From an uncultured bacterium (GTDB lineage: Bacteria > Actinomycetota > Acidimicrobiia > Spongiisociales > UBA4744), in NCBI GenBank assembly GCA_963827865.1, contig CAWHCO010000006.1:196579-260578 (forward strand): a stretch of 64,000 nucleotides of DNA, in the 5' to 3' direction. Below the pieces are notes generated by a model. It saw only the letters and a program-made list of their open reading frames with translations. It was not told the DNA's origin and did no database searches. A program made the translations under genes and the position numbers. Position 1 is the first letter of the stretch, and every line of letters begins with the position of its first letter. Shown here piece after piece: positions 57,886-64,000 of the stretch.

Positions 57886-59469
57886 ATGGATCTCACCGGT
57901 GGGGTAGTGCGCAGGGTGTTCGCGTTCCTGATCGCCCTCCTGGTCACGATCGTGGTGGCTCCCCCTGCGGTTGCCGAAACGACGGGTCCGTACCACTCGG
58001 TGACTATCGAGCCTGGCGAGGGAGTGACCCTCACGTGGAACGATCACCACTACGCCGGATCACTCGAGGTGACGTCGGCATCTGACGGACTCGTCGTGCT
58101 CGACCATGTGGGCATCGACGACTACCTCCTTGGAATCCAAGAGGTGCCGTTCTCATGGCCCATGGAAGCGTTGAAGGCTCAGGTGGTCGCAGCTCGCACA
58201 TACCTCGCGTGGACGCTGACGCGAGGTCGTGCAGGTGCAGGCGCCACCTACGGCTTCGACATCTGCGCCTCGTCGGCGTGCCAGGTGTACGGCGGTCTGG
58301 ACCAGGTTGCGACGGACGCCGGGTTGCGGTGGGAGGAGGCCGTCATGAGCACCGCCGGACAGATCCTCGTCTACGACGAAGCGCCGGCCTTCGCAATGTA
58401 CAGCTCGACCACCGGCGGACGGACGCGCAACTACGAGGACGTGTACGGAGGTCGAGACCCCATTCCGTACCTGAAGGCCGTGCCGTCTCCGGGAGAGGAT
58501 TCGGCCTTTGCCGACTGGCATTTCGAGGTGCGAAGCGGGGTCCTCGAGGATGTGCTCACCGCCGCGAACGTCGTCGACGGCAGACTCCACACGATCACCG
58601 TGCACCAGACCGACGATGGTGGAGGGCCGTGGACGGTCGACATCGAGAGCGACGGGGGAACCACCACCCTGACCACCAACGAGTTCCGCAGTCTCATGAA
58701 TCGCTGGGGCCCGGACGTCGCGTCGGACGTGTTCCCTGCGACCAGGCACGATGGGAAGGCCTACCCCCAGACGGTCCTCTCGCCCACCTTCGTGATCCAT
58801 AAGACGTGGCACTTCCCGGACGTGTTCCCGTCGGGACACATCGACATGTATCCGGTCTACGTGTTCGAGGGACACGGATGGGGGCACATGGTGGGGATGA
58901 GCCAGTACGGGGCGAAGGCAATGGCGGATGCGGGCGCCAACTACCGCACGATCTTGTCGCACTACTACACCGGGCTCGTTCCCCGGGCCGGCGGTGATCT
59001 GCTTCCGCAGACGGTCGTCGTCGGGCTCGGTTGGGGTCAGGGCTCGGTGCACATCGGCGCGGACGGGCCCGTAGACATAGTCGTCGACGGCGATGTCGTC
59101 GCCAGTGGAGCGATCGGCTCCTGGGACTTCACCCAAGGGGGCGGCATCATGATGACCCCACCAGAAGGCTTCGGGCTACCGCCGACCATCGGAGAGATCC
59201 CCGAACGTCCGACCACGCCGGCAGGGAGAGCGATGCTGGTGTCCGTTGTCGTCACGGCACCGTCGCAGGTGCGGTTGGTCGTGTTCCGGGGCGCTCAGAT
59301 GGTGCAAGCCACGCCGTGGAAGGCCCGTGATGCAGGGCGAGTCTCCCTCATCTGGGATGGAACGGTCGGTGGGTCGAATGCTCCACCGGGGCCGTATCGA
59401 CTGATGGTCGAGGCTGTGAATGGCGAGGGGAGGGCGGTTGCCTTCGTGACCGCGCTCGTCAGCAACTGA
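57886..59469 (+). CDS. SpoIID/LytB-domain protein with a C-terminal FlgD-Ig-like domain
   Basis: In frame with ORF 57835..59469. ATG 57886 gives a signal/TM FAFLIALLVTIVVAPPAVA. Also seen: IDDYLLGIQEVPFSWPMEALKAQVVAARTY, CASSACQVYGG, FAMYSSTTGGRT. The C-terminus is LIWDGTVGGSNAPPGPYRLMVEAVNGEG. Confidence 0.8.
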   Translation: MDLTGGVVRRVFAFLIALLVTIVVAPPAVAETTGPYHSVTIEPGEGVTLTWNDHHYAGSLEVTSASDGLVVLDHVGIDDYLLGIQEVPFSWPMEALKAQVVAARTYLAWTLTRGRAGAGATYGFDICASSACQVYGGLDQVATDAGLRWEEAVMSTAGQILVYDEAPAFAMYSSTTGGRTRNYEDVYGGRDPIPYLKAVPSPGEDSAFADWHFEVRSGVLEDVLTAANVVDGRLHTITVHQTDDGGGPWTVDIESDGGTTTLTTNEFRSLMNRWGPDVASDVFPATRHDGKAYPQTVLSPTFVIHKTWHFPDVFPSGHIDMYPVYVFEGHGWGHMVGMSQYGAKAMADAGANYRTILSHYYTGLVPRAGGDLLPQTVVVGLGWGQGSVHIGADGPVDIVVDGDVVASGAIGSWDFTQGGGIMMTPPEGFGLPPTIGEIPERPTTPAGRAMLVSVVVTAPSQVRLVVFRGAQMVQATPWKARDAGRVSLIWDGTVGGSNAPPGPYRLMVEAVNGEGRAVAFVTALVSN

Positions 59470-59509
59470 TGGTTCCGTATCGGCCGAGTACCGGTACACT
59501 GCTACCCGC

Positions 59510-59758
59510 ATGACCGCACACGACACCACCAGCCAGATCGACTTGGACGTGCTCGAGTCGACGCTCGAATACATCCGACCTGCCCTCCAAGCGGATGGTG
59601 GCGATCTGATCTTGCTCGGGGTCGACGAGGGGACCGTCAACCTTCAGCTCGTGGGAGCATGTGGCGGCTGCCCGCTCTCGACGATGACCCTGAAGGCGGG
59701 GATCGAACGGATCCTCACCGACCGCGTTCCCGGTGTCGAGGACGTCAACGCCATCTAG
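59510..59758 (+). CDS. NifU C-terminal-domain (Nfu-type) Fe-S scaffold protein
   Basis: ORF 59510..59758. IRPALQADGGDLILLGVDEGTVNLQLVGACGGCPLSTMTLKAGIE (CxxC). Confidence 0.85.
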   Translation: MTAHDTTSQIDLDVLESTLEYIRPALQADGGDLILLGVDEGTVNLQLVGACGGCPLSTMTLKAGIERILTDRVPGVEDVNAI

Positions 59759-59777
59759 CGGCTCGCTGTTCTTGCAG

Positions 59778-59819
59778 TCGACAGCCAACAGCTGACAGCT
59801 GACAGCTGACAGCAAGAAG
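59778..59819. repeat. heptad array GTCGACA GCCAACA GCTGACA x3 GCAAGAA
   Basis: Read directly from the sequence. Three perfect GCTGACA units lie at 59792-59812, flanked by degenerate units. Confidence 0.85.
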
Positions 59820-59944
59820 TGTGGGGTCGCGGACTGGGAATCACGCCATATGTCTCCGTCGCATTCATGGAGCGCTCTGGCTGTGGGCTGTCAGCTACCG
59901 GCGGTGACTTGCATGCGGGACGGTTAGACCCCAGACTCCCATCC

Positions 59945-60874
59945 ATGGTCGACTCGCTCACCGAATCGGCCCTCCGAGGTGATCGGCGGGCCCTTGCCCG
60001 TCTGATCAGCCTCGTCGAGGACGACCGCCCCGGTGCGTCGGACGTGCTCTCTGAGCTGTTCCCACGAACCGGCGGCTCTTATGTCATCGGGCTGACCGGG
60101 GCTCCGGGAGGTGGCAAGTCGACGTTGACGTCGAAGCTGATCACCGACGTTCGCGACGATGGTCACACGGTCGCTGTCCTTGCGGTCGACCCGTCGAGCC
60201 CGTTCACCGGGGGAGCAATCCTCGGTGACCGCATCCGGATGCAAGACCACGCCTCCGACGGCGGTGTGTACATCCGGTCCATGGGGAGTCGGGGACATCT
60301 CGGAGGTGTATCCGAGGCGACCCCCAAGGGGCTACTGGTCCTCGACGCGGTGGGGTTTCCCTACGTCATCGTCGAGACGGTCGGCGTGGGCCAGGCGGAA
60401 GTGGAAATCGTGGAGAGCGCCGACACGACGGTCGTCGTGCTCAACCCCGGGTGGGGCGACAGCGTGCAGGCGAACAAGGCTGGTCTGCTCGAGATCGGGG
60501 ACCTCTTTGTCGTCAACAAGGCCGACCGGCCCGGCTTGTCGGAAACCATCCGCGATCTGAACCAGATGCTCGACCTTGGCGGCGAACGCCCGTGGAGGCC
60601 GCCCGTGCTGGCCACCGTCGCGACGACGGGCGACGGCGTCGACGCCGTGTGGGACGCTATCCGATCACACCGTGCGTTTCTCGAGAGCAATGGTGCGCTC
60701 GAAGAGCGAAGGACGGCGAGACTCACCGGTGAGCTCAAGCATGCGCTCGCGTCCGAGCTGGCAAGACGGGCCGACGCAGAGTCGGGTGCCGGTGAGTTCG
60801 CGCGCGTGGTCGAGGAGGTCACGGCTCGCCGGCTCGACCCGTGGAGTGCAGCGAGACAGCTCCTCGACCGCTGA
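59945..60874 (+). CDS. meaB: MeaB/ArgK-type G3E GTPase (methylmalonyl-CoA mutase chaperone family)
   Basis: In frame with ORF 59819..60874. ATG 59945. RALARLISLVED, P-loop GLTGAPGGGKSTL, AVDPSSPFTGGAILGDRIRM, ETVGVGQ, VVNKADR. Confidence 0.85.
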   Translation: MVDSLTESALRGDRRALARLISLVEDDRPGASDVLSELFPRTGGSYVIGLTGAPGGGKSTLTSKLITDVRDDGHTVAVLAVDPSSPFTGGAILGDRIRMQDHASDGGVYIRSMGSRGHLGGVSEATPKGLLVLDAVGFPYVIVETVGVGQAEVEIVESADTTVVVLNPGWGDSVQANKAGLLEIGDLFVVNKADRPGLSETIRDLNQMLDLGGERPWRPPVLATVATTGDGVDAVWDAIRSHRAFLESNGALEERRTARLTGELKHALASELARRADAESGAGEFARVVEEVTARRLDPWSAARQLLDR

Positions 60875-60914
60875 CCTGCGCTACGCTCAGAGCAAGGTAG
60901 GAGGAGGACGGTAC

Positions 60915-61655
60915 ATGCAGTTTGTCGAGTACTCGCTTGATGGACCCGTCGGGGTGGTGCGGCTCAATCGGCCGCCCGTCAATGCCCTCTCTGCGGCCCT
61001 CGCTTCAGAGCTGTTGGAAGCGTTCACACGCGCGGCCGATCCGTCCATCAGGGCGCTGGTCGTGACGGGCTCACCACACTTCGCCGCAGGGGCCGACATC
61101 AAAGAGTTCCAGGCCTCCTTCGGCACCACCGGCATCGCGTCCGAACTCGCAGACGCCGTTCTCGCGCTCGAGGAGCTGGCCAAGCCGACGATCGCCGCCA
61201 TCCGCGGGTTCGCGCTCGGCGGAGGGTTGGAACTCGCCATGGGCGCCGACTTCCGCTACCTCGCCGCGGACGCCAAAGTCGGCCAGCCGGAGATCCTCCT
61301 CGGCATCATTCCCGGGGCAGGCGGGACGCAGCGGCTCACCCGGCTGATAGGCTACCGGGCCGCGCGGGACCTGATCCTCACGGGCAGGCACGTTCCCGCA
61401 CAGGAGGCCCTCGAGCGGGGGATCGCCGACAAGGTCGTCGACGATGTGTTCGAAGCCGCGATGGAAGACGCCCACCGGTTGGCGTCCGGGCCCACCGTCG
61501 CGTACGGCGCCGCCAAGGCGGCACTCAGAGCCGGTCTCGCCCAGGGTCTGGATGTCGAGCGGGAGGAATTCGCGGCCACCTTCGGCAGCGAGGATGCGCG
61601 AGAGGGTGTGCAAGCGTTCATCGAGAAACGGCGGGCAGTCTTCCAGGGCAGGTAG
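60915..61655 (+). CDS. enoyl-CoA hydratase/isomerase (crotonase) family protein
   Basis: In frame with ORF 60576..61655. ATG 60915 follows GGAGGAGGA. VVRLNRPPVNAL, FAAGADIKEF, AAIRGFALGGGLELAMGAD, EILLGIIPGAGGTQRL, EGVQAFIEKR. Confidence 0.88.
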   Translation: MQFVEYSLDGPVGVVRLNRPPVNALSAALASELLEAFTRAADPSIRALVVTGSPHFAAGADIKEFQASFGTTGIASELADAVLALEELAKPTIAAIRGFALGGGLELAMGADFRYLAADAKVGQPEILLGIIPGAGGTQRLTRLIGYRAARDLILTGRHVPAQEALERGIADKVVDDVFEAAMEDAHRLASGPTVAYGAAKAALRAGLAQGLDVEREEFAATFGSEDAREGVQAFIEKRRAVFQGR

Positions 61656-61682
61656 GCGTTCTTCATAGTAGGATGACGGACT

Positions 61683-62351
61683 ATGGGAGATCAACGCGAT
61701 TCCAAAGAGCGGCTGCTCGCGGCCGCATGGGACCTGGCGATTGGGGCGTTCGAGGTAGGCGAGGGGGTGACCAGGACCACACCGCGAGTGTTCGACCAGT
61801 TGACCGCGGCCAGGGTGTCGCAACATGCAGGATTGACGACGGGCGCGTTCTACAACCGCTGGCTGGATCGCGACGCGTTCCTCGTGGACTTTCTCGACTA
61901 TGCATTGGCGGTGACCCGCTCCACGGCGATCGACGAGGTCGTGAATCTGGTCGAGCATTCGGAAGGTATGACACCGGAGAACCTGGCCATCGAAGCCATC
62001 AAGCGTACGGTCGACGCCACGATGACGGACACCGCGTTCGCGATGCACATGTACCTCTGGGCGCTGACGCGCAGCCGTGAGGTTGTCGTCGAACACTTGA
62101 AGGTCGGCTACCAGGACGCGCGCGAGCAAGTAGGGGCGCTGATCTCGCTGTACTTCACGAGTGCCGGCCACGAAATCAAACCCCCATTCAGCATCGAGTC
62201 GGTGGCGGTGATGATGGTTGCTCTGGTCGAAGGGCTGGCTCTTCAGCGAAGCATCGATCCGGACAAGGTCGACATGGATGTCGTAGAGCAAGCAGTCATC
62301 GCGATCACCCGAGCCGTTTCGCAGCCTGTAGTCGATCAGCAGGACTCGTGA
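61683..62351 (+). CDS. TetR-family transcriptional regulator
   Basis: ORF 61683..62351. N-terminal HTH region KERLLAAAWDLA...LTAARVSQHAGLTTGAFYNRW, with a helical C-terminal domain. Confidence 0.7.
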   Translation: MGDQRDSKERLLAAAWDLAIGAFEVGEGVTRTTPRVFDQLTAARVSQHAGLTTGAFYNRWLDRDAFLVDFLDYALAVTRSTAIDEVVNLVEHSEGMTPENLAIEAIKRTVDATMTDTAFAMHMYLWALTRSREVVVEHLKVGYQDAREQVGALISLYFTSAGHEIKPPFSIESVAVMMVALVEGLALQRSIDPDKVDMDVVEQAVIAITRAVSQPVVDQQDS

Positions 62352-62361
62352 CCAGTCACTG

Positions 62362-63477
62362 ATGACGTTGTATCTCGATCACGCGGCGACAACACCCGGT
62401 CGTCCCCAAGCCATGGCCGCGTTCCAGGCAGCCGGCTTCGGCAATCCCTCCGGGATCCATCGGACCGCAAGGGACTCCAAGAACCACCTCGAGGATGCCC
62501 GTGAACAGGCTGCCACGCTGATCGGAGCATCGTCCCGTGAGATCGTGTTCACGGGGGGAGGTTCGGAGTCGGACAACCTCGCGGTCATCGGAGCGATGCT
62601 TGCATCGGATCTTCGCCTCGTGGTGTCGCCTGTGGAGCACGACGCCGTCATCGAGTCCGCCCGATTCGTCGAACGACTCGGCCACGACGTGAAGTTCGTG
62701 TCGGTCGACCACTGGGGAAGGGTCGATCCGGTTGAGATCGCCGCAGCGACGGAGGGGCGACCCTCGGTCGTTTCGGTGATGCTCGCCAACAACGAAACGG
62801 GGGTGATCGAGCCGGTTCGGGCTGTGGCCGATGTCGCCCATGCCCGAGGAGCGATCGTGCACACGGACGCAGTCCAGGCGTTCGTCTCCGAGGACGTCGA
62901 CGTGGACGAACTCGGGGTCGACATGCTGACGCTCGCAGCGCACAAGTTCGGCGGGCCAAAGGGCGTCGGGTTGCTGTACGTGCGGTCGGGGACGCGTCTC
63001 GAGCCGCTCGTGCACGGAGGCGGACAGGAGTGGGGGCTTCGCTCCGGAACCCAGAACGTCCCGGGGATCGTGGCCATGGTCGCCGCGATGCACGCCACCG
63101 TGAAGGGTCGCGAACGGTTCCGTACCGACGTTGGGGAGGCCCGTCGCCGCTTCGAGAATCGTCTCGTGGACCAGATCGAAGGCCTTGAGATCAACGCGCC
63201 TGTCGACGCACGCCTCGTGCAGCACTCCCACGTGCGGATACCAGGGGTCCGAAACGACGTGGTGCTCATCCGACTGGATCAGGAAGGCGTCGCAGCATCG
63301 GCCGGTTCCGCCTGCCAAAGTGGTGCGGCGGACGTGAGCCACGTGCTGTCCGCAATGGGATTCGACGCTGCCAGGGCAAGGGAGTGCTTCCGTTTCACAT
63401 TCGGTTGGACGACCCTTCCCGAGGACGGCGACACCGCTGCGGACGCAGTTCTGCGGGCGATAGGAGGTGAACGGTGA
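62362..63477 (+). CDS. cysteine desulfurase (class V aminotransferase, IscS/NifS-like)
   Basis: ORF 62362..63477. LYLDHAATTP, FTGGGSESDNL, AAHKFGGPKGVGLLYV (PLP Lys), RSGTQNVPGI, SAGSACQSG (catalytic Cys loop). Confidence 0.9.
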   Translation: MTLYLDHAATTPGRPQAMAAFQAAGFGNPSGIHRTARDSKNHLEDAREQAATLIGASSREIVFTGGGSESDNLAVIGAMLASDLRLVVSPVEHDAVIESARFVERLGHDVKFVSVDHWGRVDPVEIAAATEGRPSVVSVMLANNETGVIEPVRAVADVAHARGAIVHTDAVQAFVSEDVDVDELGVDMLTLAAHKFGGPKGVGLLYVRSGTRLEPLVHGGGQEWGLRSGTQNVPGIVAMVAAMHATVKGRERFRTDVGEARRRFENRLVDQIEGLEINAPVDARLVQHSHVRIPGVRNDVVLIRLDQEGVAASAGSACQSGAADVSHVLSAMGFDAARARECFRFTFGWTTLPEDGDTAADAVLRAIGGER

Positions 63478-64000
63478 AGGTGCTGGCTGCGATGAGCGGA
63501 GGGGTCGACTCCTCCGTCGCGGCTGCGCTCATGGTGCAGGAGGGTCACGAGGTGATCGGCGCCACCCTGAAGCTGTGGGCAGGAACGGACGGCTCCCTGC
63601 CGACCTCCGGGTGCTGTACTCTCGCCGACTCCGAGGACGCTCGCCGGGTCGCTGCAACGCTCGCGATCCCGTACTACGTGCTCGACGCCACCGAGAAGTT
63701 CAGAGCCGGCATCGTTGATCCGTTCATCGCCGACTACCTGAACGGCCGCACGCCCAACCCGTGCATCTCGTGCAACCGTGTCGTCAAGTTCGGTCATCTC
63801 CTCAGATGGGCCGAGGATCTGGCATGCGACCTGCTCGTCACAGGACACTACGCACGTGTCGTTCCGGAGGGATCGACCTTCGGCCTGTTTCGGGGTGTCG
63901 ACCGCGACAAGGACCAGTCGTACGTTCTGTACATGCTCGGGCGTGATGCGCTGGAACGGGTTCGTTTCCCGGTCGGCGAGTATTGCAAGGACGCCGTGCG
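63474..64000 (+). CDS. mnmA: tRNA 2-thiouridine(34) synthase, N-terminal part (runs off the window end)
   Basis: Absent from the ORF track because it is open at the window edge. GTG 63474 overlaps the desulfurase stop (GTGA). My translation gives VKVLAAMSGGVDSSVAAALMVQEGHEVIGATLKLW...CC..DARRVAATLAIPYYVLD...GRTPNPCISCNRVVKF...VTGHYARV...DKDQSYVLY. Confidence 0.9.
   Translation, partial: MKVLAAMSGGVDSSVAAALMVQEGHEVIGATLKLWAGTDGSLPTSGCCTLADSEDARRVAATLAIPYYVLDATEKFRAGIVDPFIADYLNGRTPNPCISCNRVVKFGHLLRWAEDLACDLLVTGHYARVVPEGSTFGLFRGVDRDKDQSYVLYMLGRDALERVRFPVGEYCKDAV

Overview
High-GC, gene-dense chromosomal segment with Actinomycetota-type gene order. The phylum call is my judgement from gene order and protein motifs, and no search was run. 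All coordinates for repeats, hairpins and revised start codons come from by-eye reading and may be off by a few nt.

Most of the window is core housekeeping:
- lysA (partial) divergent from hom-thrC
- rho-rpmE-DUF1385-prfA-prmC
- a murI::tsaC fusion gene followed by glyA
- a complete F1Fo ATP synthase operon (atpI-like x2, atpBEFHAGDC)
- a maltodextrin-type ABC importer with two binding proteins, plus a GH57 glucanase
- an ABC-F ATPase and an ECF sigma/anti-sigma pair
- korAB, an amidase, DUF3048, and Ni-superoxide dismutase sodN with its protease sodX
- metG, two transporters, rpiB, a SpoIID-domain protein, nfu-like, meaB, a crotonase, tetR, and cysteine desulfurase-mnmA (partial)

Two things stand out:

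1. A nine-gene bacterial microcompartment (BMC) operon at 47488-52662.
- It encodes an RpiB-like isomerase, a DeoC aldolase and a CoA-acylating aldehyde dehydrogenase, plus 1 BMC-H, 2 BMC-T and 3 BMC-P shell proteins.
- This is a sugar-phosphate/deoxyribose-phosphate type metabolosome that, to my knowledge, is known only from bioinformatic catalogues.
- All three enzymes carry N-terminal extensions that look like encapsulation peptides.
- No phosphotransacylase or alcohol dehydrogenase lies in the operon.
- The operon and a divergent excisionase/MerR-type HTH gene are bracketed by two near-identical 170-bp direct repeats.

2. Almost every longer intergenic region is built from modular repeats.
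- Two structured GC-rich modules (here called P, about 70 nt, and Q, about 82 nt) occur in both orientations at 11 or more loci.
- Degenerate heptanucleotide tandem arrays (GCTGACA/GCCAACA, GAGAACT, GACTGAA, GTACCTT) accompany them.
- One locus holds a 2.5-copy tandem array of a roughly 288-bp composite unit.

No tRNA, rRNA, CRISPR array, transposase or integrase was recognised.
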